A DNA stretch of 64,000 nucleotides from the human T2T-CHM13v2.0 reference genome, Homo sapiens. Shown here one piece after another: positions 38,301-53,300 of this stretch (the first letter of the stretch is position 1; every line of letters begins with the position of its first letter). Both the position numbers and the translations under genes were made by a program. Below the pieces are notes generated by a model that ran no database searches, was not told where the DNA came from, and saw only the letters and a list, made by a program, of their open reading frames with translations. The DNA lies in the NCBI GenBank assembly GCA_009914755.4, contig CP068257.2, forward strand, positions 11,232,001 through 11,296,000, given 5' to 3'.

Positions 38301-41300
38301 ATTTTGTATGATGATATTCCCTTTTCCAACGATATCGTTAAAGCAATCTAAATATCAATTTGCAGAATCCACAAAAATAGAGTTTCAAAGCTGCTCTGTA
38401 AAAAGAAAGGTTCCACTCTGTTAGCTGAGTACACACATCACAAACTTGTTTCTGAGAATCCTTCTGTCTCGTTTTTATGGGAAGATATTTACTTTTCCAC
38501 CGTAGGCATCAAAGCGCTCCAAATGTCCACATCCAGATACTCCAGAACGAGTGTTTCAAACCTGCTCTATGAAAGGGAATCTTCAACTCTATGAGTTGAA
38601 TGCAGACATCAGAAAGAAATTTCTGAGAATGCTGCTGTCTACCTTTTATTTGAATTCCCGCTTCCAACGAAATCCTCCAAGCTATCCAAATATCCACTTG
38701 CATTTTCCACAAAAAGAGTGTTTCAAAACTGCTCTATCAATAGAAATGTTCAACTCCTTTGGCTGGGTACACACATCACAAACAAGTTTCTGAGAATGCT
38801 TCTGTCTAGTTTTTATGGGAAGACGTTCCCTTTTTCACCAAAGGCATCAAAGCGCTCCAAATGTCCACTTCCAGACACTACAAAAAGAGTGTTTCCAACG
38901 TGCTCTAAGAAAGCGAATGTTCAACTCTGTGACTTGAATGCAGATATCACAAAGTAGTTTCTGAGAGGGCTTCTGTCTAGATTTTAGATGATGATATTCC
39001 CGTTTCCAACGAAATCATTAGAGCTATCCAAATATCCACTTACAGTTTCTACAAAAAGAGTGTTTCCAAACTGCTGCATCAAAAGAGAGGTTCCACTCTG
39101 TTAGCTGAGTACACACATCACAAACTTGTTTCTCAGAATCCTTCTGTCTCGTTTTTATGGGAAGATATTTACTTTTTCACCGTAGGCATCAAAGCGCTCC
39201 AAATGTCCACATCCAGATACTCCAGAAAGAGTGTTTCAAACCTGCTCTATGAAAGGGAATCTTCAACTCTATGAGTTGAATGCAGACATCAGAAAGAAAT
39301 TTCTGAGAATGCTGCTGTCTACCTTTTATTTGAATTCCCGCTTCCAACGAAATCCTCCAAGCTATCCAAATATCCACTTGCAGATTCCACAAAAAGAGTG
39401 TTTCAAAACTGCTCTCTATCAATGGCAAAGTTCAACTCTGTTAGTTGAGGACACATATCACCAACAAGTTTCTGAGAATGCTTCTGTCTATTTTTTATGG
39501 GAAGATATTTCCTTTTTCACCGTAGGCGTCAAGGCGATCGAAATGTCCACTTCCACAAACTACAAAAAGAGTGTTTCAAACCTGCTCTATGAAAGGCCAT
39601 GTTCATCTCTATGAGTTGAATGGAAATATCCGAAAGAAATTTCTGGGAATGCTGCTGTCTAGTGTTTATACGAATTTCCGCTTCCAACGAAATCCTCAAA
39701 GCAATCCAAATATCCACTTGCAGAATCCACAAAAAGAGTGTTTCAAAACTGCTCTATCAATAGAAAGGTTCAACTCTTTTAGTTGAGTACACACATCACG
39801 AACAAGTTTCTGAGAATGCTTCTGTCTGGCTTTTATTGGAAGACGTTTCCTTTTCACCAAAGGCATCAAAGCGCTCCAAATGTCCACTTCCAGATTCTTC
39901 CAAAAGAGTGTTTCAAACGTGCTCAAAGTAAGGGAATGTTCAACTCTGTGACTTGAATGCAGATATCACCAAGTAGTTTCTAATAGTGCTTCTGTCTACA
40001 TTTTAGATGATGATATTCCCGTTTCAAACGAAATCGTTAGAGCTATCCAAATATCCAGTTACAGTTTCTACCAAAAGGGTGTTTCCAAATTGCTGCATCA
40101 AAAGAAAGGTTCAACTCTGTTAGTTGAGGACACACATCACAAAGAAGTTTGTGAGAATGCTTCTGTCTAGATTTTGTATGACGATATTCCCTTTTCCAAC
40201 GATATCGTTAAAGCAATCTAAATATCAATTTGCAGAATCCACAAAAATAGAGTTTCAAAGCTGCTCTGTAAAAAGAAAGGTTCCACTCTGTTAGCTGAGT
40301 ACACACATCACAAACTTGTTTCTCAGAATCCTTCTGTCTCGTTTTTATGGGAAGATATTTACTTTTCCACCGTAGGCATCAAAGCGCTCCAAATGTCCAC
40401 ATCCAGATACTCCAGAAAGAGTGTTTCAAACCTGCTCTATGAAAGGGAATGTTCAACTCTATGAGTTGAATGCAGACATCAGAAAGAAATTTCTGAGAAT
40501 GCTGCTGTCTACCTTTTATTTGAATTCCCGCTTCCAACGAAATCCTCCAAGCTATCCAAATATCCACTTGCATTTTCCACAAAAAGAGTGTTTCAAAACT
40601 GCTCTATCAATAGAAATGTTCAACTCCTTTAGCTGGGTACACACATCACAAACAAGTTTCTGAGAATGCTTCTGTCTAGTTTTTATGGGAAGACGTTCCC
40701 TTTTTCACCAAAGGCATCAAAGCGCTCCAAATGTCCACTTCAAGACACTACAAAAAGAGTGTTTCCAACGTGCTCTAAGAAAGCGAATGTTCAACTCTGT
40801 GACTTGAATGCAGATATCACAAAGTAGTTTCTGAGAGGGCTTCTGTCTAGATTTTAGATGATGATATTCCCGTTTCCAACGAAATCATTAGAGCTATCCA
40901 AATATCCACTTACAGTTTCTACAAAAAGAGTGTTTCCAAACTGCTGCATCAAAAGAGAGGTTCCACTCTGTTAGCTGAGTACACACATCACAAACTTGTT
41001 TCTCAGAATCCTTCTGTCTCGTTTTTATGGGAAGATATTTACTTTTTCACCGTAGGCATCAAAGCGCTCCAAATGTCCACATCCAGATACTCCAGAAAGA
41101 GTGTTTCAAACCTGCTCTATGAAAGGGAATCTTCAACTCTATGAGTTGAATGCAGACATCAGAAAGAAATTTCTGAGAATGCTGCTGTCTACCTTTTATT
41201 TGAATTCCCGCTTCCAACGAAATCCTCCAAGCTATCCAAATATCCACTTGCAGATTCCACAAAAAGAGTGTTTCAAAACTGCTCTCTATCAATGGCAAAG

Positions 41301-42830
41301 TTCAACTCTGTTAGTTGAGGACACATATCACCAACAAGTTTCTGAGAATGCTTCTGTCTATTTTTTATGGGAAGATATTTCCTTTTTCACCGTAGGCGTC
41401 AAGGCGATCGAAATGTCCACTTCCACAAACTACAAAAAGAGTGTTTCAAACCTGCTCTATGAAAGGCCATGTTCATCTCTATGAGTTGAATGGAAATATC
41501 CGAAAGAAATTTCTGGGAATGCTGCTGTCTAGTGTTTATACGAATTCCCACTTCCAACGAAATCCTCAAAGCAATCCAAATATCCACTTGCAGAATCCAC
41601 AAAAAGAGTGTTTCAAAACTGCTCTATCAATAGAAAGGTTCAACTCTTTTAGTTGAGTACACACATCACGAACAAGTTTCTGAGAATGCTTCTGTCTGGC
41701 TTTTATTGGAAGACGTTTCCTTTTCACCAAAGGCATCAAAGCGCTCCAAATGTCCACTTCCAGATTCTTCCAAAAGAGTGTTTCAAACGTGCTCAAAGTA
41801 AGGGAATGTTCAACTCTGTGACTTGAATGCAGATATCACCAAGTAGTTTCTAATAGTGCTTCTGTCTAGATTTTAGATGATGATATTCCCGTTTCCAACG
41901 AAATCGTTAGAGCTATCCAAATATCCACTTACAGTTTCTACAAAAAGAGTGTTTCCAAACTGCTGCATCAAAAGAAAGGTTCAACTCTGTTAGTTGAGGA
42001 CACACATCACAAAGAAGTTTGTGAGAATGCTTCTGTCTAGATTTTGTATGACGATATTCCCTTTTCCAACGATATCGTTAAAGCAATCTAAATATCAATT
42101 TGCAGAATCCACAAAAATAGAGTTTCAAAGCTGCTCTGTAAAAAGAAAGGTTCCACTCTGTTAGCTGAGTACACACATCACAAACTTGTTTCTCAGAATC
42201 CTTCTGTCTCGTTTTTATGGGAAGATATTTACTTTTCCACCGTAGGCATCAAAGCGCTCCAAATGTCCACATCCAGATACTCCAGAACGAGTGTTTCAAA
42301 CCTGCTCTATGAAAGGGAATCTTCAACTCTATGAGTTGAATGCAGACATCAGAAAGAAATTTCTGAGAATGCTGCTGTCTACCTTTTATTTGAATTCCCG
42401 CTTCCAACGAAATCCTCCAAGCTATCCAAATATCCACTTGCATTTTCCACAAAAAGAGTGTTTCAAAACTGCTCTATCAATAGAAATGTTCAACTCCTTT
42501 GGCTGGGTACACACATCACAAACAAGTTTCTGAGAATGCTTCTGTCTAGTTTTTATGGGAAGACGTTCCCTTTTTCACCAAAGGCATCAAAGCGCTCCAA
42601 ATGTCCACTTCCAGACACTACAAAAAGAGTGTTTCCAACGTGCTCTAAGAAAGCGAATGTTCAACTCTGTGACTTGAATGCAGATATCACAAAGTAGTTT
42701 CTGAGAGGGCTTCTGTCTAGATTTTAGATGATGATATTCCCGTTTCCAACGAAATCATTAGAGCTATCCAAATATCCACTTACAGTTTCTACAAAAAGAG
42801 TGTTTCCAAACTGCTGCATCAAAAGAGAGG
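35350..42830 (-). repeat. 7,480-bp super-repeat block (4 HOR units), copy 1 of 2 (imperfect)
   Basis: Private variants recur at +7480: ttcctttatcacc (37640 and 45120), aaaaccgctc (37870 and 45350), gttcatctctg (38060 and 45540), gaatttccgc (39675 and 47155), ttcaagacac (40741 and 48221), gaattcccac (41545 and 49025). There are a few copy-specific differences, for example 40628 and 45280. Confidence 0.75.
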
Positions 42831-45800
42831 TTCCACTCTGTTAGCTGAGTACACACATCACAAACTTGTTTCTCAGAATCCTTCTGTCTCGTTTTTATGG
42901 GAAGATATTTACTTTTTCACCGTAGGCATCAAAGCGCTCCAAATGTCCACATCCAGATACTCCAGAAAGAGTGTTTCAAACCTGCTCTATGAAAGGGAAT
43001 CTTCAACTCTATGAGTTGAATGCAGACATCAGAAAGAAATTTCTGAGAATGCTGCTGTCTACCTTTTATTTGAATTCCCGCTTCCAACGAAATCCTCCAA
43101 GCTATCCAAATATCCACTTGCAGATTCCACAAAAAGAGTGTTTCAAAACTGCTCTCTATCAATGGCAAAGTTCAACTCTGTTAGTTGAGGACACATATCA
43201 CCAACAAGTTTCTGAGAATGCTTCTGTCTATTTTTTATGGGAAGATATTTCCTTTTTCACCGTAGGCGTCAAGGCGATCGAAATGTCCACTTCCACAAAC
43301 TACAAAAAGAGTGTTTCAAACCTGCTCTATGAAAGGCCATGTTCATCTCTATGAGTTGAATGGAAATATCCGAAAAAAATTTCTGGGAATGCTGCTGTCT
43401 AGTTTTTATATGAATTCCCGCTTCCAACGAAATCCTCAAAGCAATCCAAATATCCACTTGCAGAATCCACAAAAAGAGTGTTTCAAAACTGCTCTATCAA
43501 TAGAAAGGTTCAACTCTTTTAGTTGAGTACACACATCACGAACAAGTTTCTGAGAATGCTTCTGTCTGGCTTTTATTGGAAGACGTTTCCTTTTCACCAA
43601 AGGCATCAAAGCGCTCCAAATGTCCACTTCCAGATTCTTCCAAAAGAGTGTTTCAAACGTGCTCGAAGTAAGGGAATGTTCTACTCTGTGACTTGAATGC
43701 AGATATCACCAAGTAGTTTCTAATAGTGCTTCTGTCTAGATTTTAGATGATGATATTCCCGTTTCCAACGAAATCGTTAGAGCTATCCAAATATCCAGTT
43801 ACAGTTTCTACCAAAAGGGTGTTTCCAAATTGCTGCATCAAAAGAAAGGTTCAACTCTGTTAGTTGAGGACACACATCACAAAGAAGTTTGTGAGAATGC
43901 TTCTGTCTAGATTTTGTATGACGATATTCCCTTTTCCAACGATATCGTTAAAGCAATCTAAATATCAATTTGCAGAATCCACAAAAATAGAGTTTCAAAG
44001 CTGCTCTGTAAAAAGAAAGGTTCCACTCTGTTAGCTGAGTACACACATCACAAACTTGTTTCTGAGAATCCTTCTGTCTCGTTTTTATGGGAAGATATTT
44101 ACTTTTCCACCGTAGGCATCAAAGCGCTCCAAATGTCCACATCCAGATACTCCAGAACGAGTGTTTCAAACCTGCTCTATGAAAGGGAATCTTCAACTCT
44201 ATGAGTTGAATGCAGACATCAGAAAGAAATTTCTGAGAATGCTGCTGTCTACCTTTTATTTGAATTCCCGCTTCCAACGAAATCCTCCAAGCTATCCAAA
44301 TATCCACTTGCATTTTCCACAAAAAGAGTGTTTCAAAACTGCTCTATCAATAGAAATGTTCAACTCCTTTGGCTGGGTACACACATCACAAACAAGTTTC
44401 TGAGAATGCTTCTGTCTAGTTTTTATGGGAAGACGTTCCCTTTTTCACCAAAGGCATCAAAGCGCTCCAAATGTCCACTTCCAGACACTACAAAAAGAGT
44501 GTTTCCAACGTGCTCTAAGAAAGCGAATGTTCAACTCTGTGACTTGAATGCAGATATCACAAAGTAGTTTCTGAGAGGGCTTCTGTCTAGATTTTAGATG
44601 ATGATATTCCCGTTTCCAACGAAATCATTAGAGCTATCCAAATATCCACTTACAGTTTCTACAAAAAGAGTGTTTCCAAACTGCTGCATCAAAAGAGAGG
44701 TTCCACTCTGTTAGCTGAGTACACACATCACAAACTTGTTTCTCAGAATCCTTCTGTCTCGTTTTTATGGGAAGATATTTACTTTTTCACCGTAGGCATC
44801 AAAGCGCTCCAAATGTCCACATCCAGATACTCCAGAAAGAGTGTTTCAAACCTGCTCTATGAAAGGGAATCTTCAACTCTATGAGTTGAATGCAGACATC
44901 AGAAAGAAATTTCTGAGAATGCTGCTGTCTACCTTTTATTTGAATTCCCGCTTCCAACGAAATCCTCCAAGCTATCCAAATATCCACTTGCAGATTCCAC
45001 AAAAAGAGTGTTTCAAAACTGCTCTCTATCAATGGCAAAGTTCAACTCTGTTAGTTGAGGACACATATCACCAACAAGTTTCTGAGAATGCTTCTGTCTA
45101 TTTTTTATGGGAAGATATTTCCTTTATCACCGTAGGCGTCAAGGCGATCGAAATGTCCACTTCCACAAACTACAAAAAGAGTGTTTCAAACCTGCTCTAT
45201 GAAAGGCCATGTTCATCTCTATGAGTTGAATGGAAATATCCGAAAGAAATTTCTGGGAATGCTGCTGTCTAGTGTTTATATGAATTCCCGCTTCCAACGA
45301 AATCCTCAAAGCAATCCAAATATCCACTTGCAGAATCCACAAAAAGAGTGTTTCAAAACCGCTCTATCAATAGAAAGGTTCAACTCTTTTAGTTGAGTAC
45401 ACACATCACGAACAAGTTTCTGAGAATGCTTCTGTCTGGCTTTTATTGGAAGACGTTTCCTTTTCACCAAAGGCATCAAAGCGCTCCAAATGTCCACTTC
45501 CAGATTCTTCCAAAAGAGTGTTTCAAACGTGCTCGAAGTAAGGGAATGTTCATCTCTGTGACTTGAATGCAGATATCACCAAGTAGTTTCTAATAGTGCT
45601 TCTGTCTAGATTTTAGATGATGATATTCCCGTTTCCAACGAAATCGTTAGATCTATCCAAATATCCAGTTACAGTTTCTACCAAAAGGGTGTTTCCAAAT
45701 TGCTGCATCAAAAGAAAGGTTCAACTCTGTTAGTTGAGGACACACATCACAAAGAAGTTTGTGAGAATGCTTCTGTCTAGATTTTGTATGATGATATTCC

Positions 45801-48800
45801 CTTTTCCAACGATATCGTTAAAGCAATCTAAATATCAATTTGCAGAATCCACAAAAATAGAGTTTCAAAGCTGCTCTGTAAAAAGAAAGGTTCCACTCTG
45901 TTAGCTGAGTACACACATCACAAACTTGTTTCTGAGAATCCTTCTGTCTCGTTTTTATGGGAAGATATTTACTTTTCCACCGTAGGCATCAAAGCGCTCC
46001 AAATGTCCACATCCAGATACTCCAGAAAGAGTGTTTCAAACCTGCTCTATGAAAGGGAATCTTCAACTCTATGAGTTGAATGCAGACATCAGAAAGAAAT
46101 TTCTGAGAATGCTGCTGTCTACCTTTTATTTGAATTCCCGCTTCCAACGAAATCCTCCAAGCTATCCAAATATCCACTTGCATTTTCCACAAAAAGAGTG
46201 TTTCAAAACTGCTCTATCAATAGAAATGTTCAACTCCTTTGGCTGGGTACACACATCACAAACAAGTTTCTGAGAATGCTTCTGTCTAGTTTTTATGGGA
46301 AGACGTTCCCTTTTTCACCAAAGGCATCAAAGCGCTCCAAATGTCCACTTCCAGACACTACAAAAAGAGTGTTTCCAACGTGCTCTAAGAAAGCGAATGT
46401 TCAACTCTGTGACTTGAATGCAGATATCACAAAGTAGTTTCTGAGAGGGCTTCTGTCTAGATTTTAGATGATGATATTCCCGTTTCCAACGAAATCATTA
46501 GAGCTATCCAAATATCCACTTACAGTTTCTACAAAAAGAGTGTTTCCAAACTGCTGCATCAAAAGAGAGGTTCCACTCTGTTAGCTGAGTACACACATCA
46601 CAAACTTGTTTCTCAGAATCCTTCTGTCTCGTTTTTATGGGAAGATATTTACTTTTTCACCGTAGGCATCAAAGCGCTCCAAATGTCCACATCCAGATAC
46701 TCCAGAAAGAGTGTTTCAAACCTGCTCTATGAAAGGGAATCTTCAACTCTATGAGTTGAATGCAGACATCAGAAAGAAATTTCTGAGAATGCTGCTGTCT
46801 ACCTTTTATTTGAATTCCCGCTTCCAACGAAATCCTCCAAGCTATCCAAATATCCACTTGCAGATTCCACAAAAAGAGTGTTTCAAAACTGCTCTCTATC
46901 AATGGCAAAGTTCAACTCTGTTAGTTGAGGACACATATCACCAACAAGTTTCTGAGAATGCTTCTGTCTATTTTTTATGGGAAGATATTTCCTTTTTCAC
47001 CGTAGGCGTCAAGGCGATCGAAATGTCCACTTCCACAAACTACAAAAAGAGTGTTTCAAACCTGCTCTATGAAAGGCCATGTTCATCTCTATGAGTTGAA
47101 TGGAAATATCCGAAAGAAATTTCTGGGAATGCTGCTGTCTAGTGTTTATACGAATTTCCGCTTCCAACGAAATCCTCAAAGCAATCCAAATATCCACTTG
47201 CAGAATCCACAAAAAGAGTGTTTCAAAACTGCTCTATCAATAGAAAGGTTCAACTCTTTTAGTTGAGTACACACATCACGAACAAGTTTCTGAGAATGCT
47301 TCTGTCTGGCTTTTATTGGAAGACGTTTCCTTTTCACCAAAGGCATCAAAGCGCTCCAAATGTCCACTTCCAGATTCTTCCAAAAGAGTGTTTCAAACGT
47401 GCTCAAAGTAAGGGAATGTTCAACTCTGTGACTTGAATGCAGATATCACCAAGTAGTTTCTAATAGTGCTTCTGTCTACATTTTAGATGATGATATTCCC
47501 GTTTCAAACGAAATCGTTAGAGCTATCCAAATATCCAGTTACAGTTTCTACCAAAAGGGTGTTTCCAAATTGCTGCATCAAAAGAAAGGTTCAACTCTGT
47601 TAGTTGAGGACACACATCACAAAGAAGTTTGTGAGAATGCTTCTGTCTAGATTTTGTATGACGATATTCCCTTTTCCAACGATATCGTTAAAGCAATCTA
47701 AATATCAATTTGCAGAATCCACAAAAATAGAGTTTCAAAGCTGCTCTGTAAAAAGAAAGGTTCCACTCTGTTAGCTGAGTACACACATCACAAACTTGTT
47801 TCTCAGAATCCTTCTGTCTCGTTTTTATGGGAAGATATTTACTTTTCCACCGTAGGCATCAAAGCGCTCCAAATGTCCACATCCAGATACTCCAGAAAGA
47901 GTGTTTCAAACCTGCTCTATGAAAGGGAATGTTCAACTCTATGAGTTGAATGCAGACATCAGAAAGAAATTTCTGAGAATGCTGCTGTCTACCTTTTATT
48001 TGAATTCCCGCTTCCAACGAAATCCTCCAAGCTATCCAAATATCCACTTGCATTTTCCACAAAAAGAGTGTTTCAAAACTGCTCTATCAATAGAAATGTT
48101 CAACTCCTTTGGCTGGGTACACACATCACAAACAAGTTTCTGAGAATGCTTCTGTCTAGTTTTTATGGGAAGACGTTCCCTTTTTCACCAAAGGCATCAA
48201 AGCGCTCCAAATGTCCACTTCAAGACACTACAAAAAGAGTGTTTCCAACGTGCTCTAAGAAAGCGAATGTTCAACTCTGTGACTTGAATGCAGATATCAC
48301 AAAGTAGTTTCTGAGAGGGCTTCTGTCTAGATTTTAGATGATGATATTCCCGTTTCCAACGAAATCATTAGAGCTATCCAAATATCCACTTACAGTTTCT
48401 ACAAAAAGAGTGTTTCCAAACTGCTGCATCAAAAGAGAGGTTCCACTCTGTTAGCTGAGTACACACATCACAAACTTGTTTCTCAGAATCCTTCTGTCTC
48501 GTTTTTATGGGAAGATATTTACTTTTTCACCGTAGGCATCAAAGCGCTCCAAATGTCCACATCCAGATACTCCAGAAAGAGTGTTTCAAACCTGCTCTAT
48601 GAAAGGGAATCTTCAACTCTATGAGTTGAATGCAGACATCAGAAAGAAATTTCTGAGAATGCTGCTGTCTACCTTTTATTTGAATTCCCGCTTCCAACGA
48701 AATCCTCCAAGCTATCCAAATATCCACTTGCAGATTCCACAAAAAGAGTGTTTCAAAACTGCTCTCTATCAATGGCAAAGTTCAACTCTGTTAGTTGAGG

Positions 48801-50310
48801 ACACATATCACCAACAAGTTTCTGAGAATGCTTCTGTCTATTTTTTATGGGAAGATATTTCCTTTTTCACCGTAGGCGTCAAGGCGATCGAAATGTCCAC
48901 TTCCACAAACTACAAAAAGAGTGTTTCAAACCTGCTCTATGAAAGGCCATGTTCATCTCTATGAGTTGAATGGAAATATCCGAAAGAAATTTCTGGGAAT
49001 GCTGCTGTCTAGTGTTTATACGAATTCCCACTTCCAACGAAATCCTCAAAGCAATCCAAATATCCACTTGCAGAATCCACAAAAAGAGTGTTTCAAAACT
49101 GCTCTATCAATAGAAAGGTTCAACTCTTTTAGTTGAGTACACACATCACGAACAAGTTTCTGAGAATGCTTCTGTCTGGCTTTTATTGGAAGACGTTTCC
49201 TTTTCACCAAAGGCATCAAAGCGCTCCAAATGTCCACTTCCAGATTCTTCCAAAAGAGTGTTTCAAACGTGCTCAAAGTAAGGGAATGTTCAACTCTGTG
49301 ACTTGAATGCAGATATCACCAAGTAGTTTCTAATAGTGCTTCTGTCTAGATTTTAGATGATGATATTCCCGTTTCCAACGAAATCGTTAGAGCTATCCAA
49401 ATATCCACTTACAGTTTCTACAAAAAGAGTGTTTCCAAACTGCTGCATCAAAAGAAAGGTTCAACTCTGTTAGTTGAGGACACACATCACAAAGAAGTTT
49501 GTGAGAATGCTTCTGTCTAGATTTTGTATGACGATATTCCCTTTTCCAACGATATCGTTAAAGCAATCTAAATATCAATTTGCAGAATCCACAAAAATAG
49601 TTTCAAAGCTGCTCTGTAAAAAGAAAGGTTCCACTCTGTTAGCTGAGTACACACATCACAAACTTGTTTCTCAGAATCCTTCTGTCTCGTTTTTATGGGA
49701 AGATATTTACTTTTCCACCGTAGGCATCAAAGCGCTCCAAATGTCCACATCCAGATACTCCAGAACGAGTGTTTCAAACCTGCTCTATGAAAGGGAATCT
49801 TCAACTCTATGAGTTGAATGCAGACATCAGAAAGAAATTTCTGAGAATGCTGCTGTCTACCTTTTATTTGAATTCCCGCTTCCAACGAAATCCTCCAAGC
49901 TATCCAAATATCCACTTGCATTTTCCACAAAAAGAGTGTTTCAAAACTGCTCTATCAATAGAAATGTTCAACTCCTTTGGCTGGGTACACACATCACAAA
50001 CAAGTTTCTGAGAATGCTTCTGTCTAGTTTTTATGGGAAGACGTTCCCTTTTTCACCAAAGGCATCAAAGCGCTCCAAATGTCCACTTCCAGACACTACA
50101 AAAAGAGTGTTTCCAACGTGCTCTAAGAAAGCGAATGTTCAACTCTGTGACTTGAATGCAGATATCACAAAGTAGTTTCTGAGAGGGCTTCTGTCTAGAT
50201 TTTAGATGATGATATTCCCGTTTCCAACGAAATCATTAGAGCTATCCAAATATCCACTTACAGTTTCTACAAAAAGAGTGTTTCCAAACTGCTGCATCAA
50301 AAGAGAGGTT
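42831..50310 (-). repeat. 7,480-bp super-repeat block (4 HOR units), copy 2 of 2
   Basis: See copy 1. It also carries a private 2-bp deletion at about 49600 (acaaaaatagtttcaaagc). Confidence 0.75.
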
Positions 50311-53300
50311 CCACTCTGTTAGCTGAGTACACACATCACAAACTTGTTTCTCAGAATCCTTCTGTCTCGTTTTTATGGGAAGATATTTACTTTTTCACCG
50401 TAGGCATCAAAGCGCTCCAAATGTCCACATCCAGATACTCCAGAAAGAGTGTTTCAAACCTGCTCTATGAAAGGGAATCTTCAACTCTATGAGTTGAATG
50501 CAGACATCAGAAAGAAATTTCTGAGAATGCTGCTGTCTACCTTTTATTTGAATTCCCGCTTCCAACGAAATCCTCCAAGCTATCCAAATATCCACTTGCA
50601 GATTCCACAAAAAGAGTGTTTCAAAACTGCTCTCTATCAATGGCAAAGTTCAACTCTGTTAGTTGAGGACACATATCACCAACAAGTTTCTGAGAATGCT
50701 TCTGTCTATTTTTTATGGGAAGATATTTCCTTTTTCACCGTAGGCGTCAAGGCGATCGAAATGTCCACTTCCACAAACTACAAAAAGAGTGTTTCAAACC
50801 TGCTCTATGAAAGGCCATGTTCATCTCTATGAGTTGAATGGAAATATCCGAAAGAAATTTCTGGGAATGCTGCTGTCTAGTGTTTATACGAATTTCCGCT
50901 TCCAACGAAATCCTCAAAGCAATCCAAATATCCACTTGCAGAATCCACAAAAAGAGTGTTTCAAAACTGCTCTATCAATAGAAAGGTTCAACTCTTTTAG
51001 TTGAGTACACACATCACGAACAAGTTTCTGAGAATGCTTCTGTCTGGCTTTTATTGGAAGACGTTTCCTTTTCACCAAAGGCATCAAAGCGCTCCAAATG
51101 TCCACTTCCAGATTCTTCCAAAAGAGTGTTTCAAACGTGCTCAAAGTAAGGGAATGTTCAACTCTGTGACTTGAATGCAGATATCACCAAGTAGTTTCTA
51201 ATAGTGCTTCTGTCTACATTTTAGATGATGATATTCCCGTTTCAAACGAAATCGTTAGAGCTATCCAAATATCCAGTTACAGTTTCTACCAAAAGGGTGT
51301 TTCCAAATTGCTGCATCAAAAGAAAGGTTCAACTCTGTTAGTTGAGGACACACATCACAAAGAAGTTTGTGAGAATGCTTCTGTCTAGATTTTGTATGAC
51401 GATATTCCCTTTTCCAACGATATCGTTAAAGCAATCTAAATATCAATTTGCAGAATCCACAAAAATAGAGTTTCAAAGCTGCTCTGTAAAAAGAAAGGTT
51501 CCACTCTGTTAGCTGAGTACACACATCACAAACTTGTTTCTCAGAATCCTTCTGTCTCGTTTTTATGGGAAGATATTTACTTTTCCACCGTAGGCATCAA
51601 AGCGCTCCAAATGTCCACATCCAGATACTCCAGAAAGAGTGTTTCAAACCTGCTCTATGAAAGGGAATCTTCAACTCTATGAGTTGAATGCAGACATCAG
51701 AAAGAAATTTCTGAGAATGCTGCTGTCTACCTTTTATTTGAATTCCCGCTTCCAACGAAATCCTCCAAGCTATCCAAATATCCACTTGCATTTTCCACAA
51801 AAAGAGTGTTTCAAAACTGCTCTATCAATAGAAATGTTCAACCCCTTTGGCTGGGTACACACATCACAAACAAGTTTCTGAGAATGCTTCTGTCTAGTTT
51901 TTATGGGAAGACGTTCCCTTTTTCACCAAAGGCATCAAAGCGCTCCAAATGTCCACTTCAAGACACTACAAAAAGAGTGTTTCCAACGTGCTCTAAGAAA
52001 GCGAATGTTCAACTCTGTGACTTGAATGCAGATATCACAAAGTAGTTTCTGAGAGGGCTTCTGTCTAGATTTTAGATGATGATATTCCCGTTTCCAACGA
52101 AATCATTAGAGCTATCCAAATATCCACTTACAGTTTCTACAAAAAGAGTGTTTCCAAACTGCTGCATCAAAAGAGAGGTTCCACTCTGTTAGCTGAGTAC
52201 ACACATCACAAACTTGTTTCTCAGAATCCTTCTGTCTCGTTTTTATGGGAAGATATTTACTTTTTCACCGTAGGCATCAAAGCGCTCCAAATGTCCACAT
52301 CCAGATACTCCAGAAAGAGTGTTTCAAACCTGCTCTATGAAAGGGAATCTTCAACTCTATGAGTTGAATGCAGACATCAGAAAGAAATTTCTGAGAATGC
52401 TGCTGTCTACCTTTTATTTGAATTCCCGCTTCCAACGAAATCCTCCAAGCTATCCAAATATCCACTTGCAGATTCCACAAAAAGAGTGTTTCAAAACTGC
52501 TCTCTATCAATGGCAAAGTTCAACTCTGTTAGTTGAGGACACATATCACCAACAAGTTTCTGAGAATGCTTCTGTCTATTTTTTATGGGAAGATATTTCC
52601 TTTTTCACCGTAGGCGTCAAGGCGATCGAAATGTCCACTTCCACAAACTACAAAAAGAGTGTTTCAAACCTGCTCTATGAAAGGCCATGTTCATCTCTAT
52701 GAGTTGAATGGAAATATCCGAAAGAAATTTCTGGGAATGCTGCTGTCTAGTGTTTATACGAATTCCCACTTCCAACGAAATCCTCAAAGCAATCCAAATA
52801 TCCACTTGCAGAATCCACAAAAAGAGTGTTTCAAAACTGCTCTATCAATAGAAAGGTTCAACTCTTTTAGTTGAGTACACACATCACGAACAAGTTTCTG
52901 AGAATGCTTCTGTCTGGCTTTTATTGGAAGACGTTTCCTTTTCACCAAAGGCATCAAAGCGCTCCAAATGTCCACTTCCAGATTCTTCCAAAAGAGTGTT
53001 TCAAACGTGCTCAAAGTAAGGGAATGTTCAACTCTGTGACTTGAATGCAGATATCACCAAGTAGTTTCTAATAGTGCTTCTGTCTAGATTTTAGATGATG
53101 ATATTCCCGTTTCCAACGAAATCGTTAGAGCTATCCAAATATCCACTTACAGTTTCTACAAAAAGAGTGTTTCCAAACTGCTGCATCAAAAGAAAGGTTC
53201 AACTCTGTTAGTTGAGGACACACATCACAAAGAAGTTTGTGAGAATGCTTCTGTCTAGATTTTGTATGACGATATTCCCTTTTCCAACGATATCGTTAAA

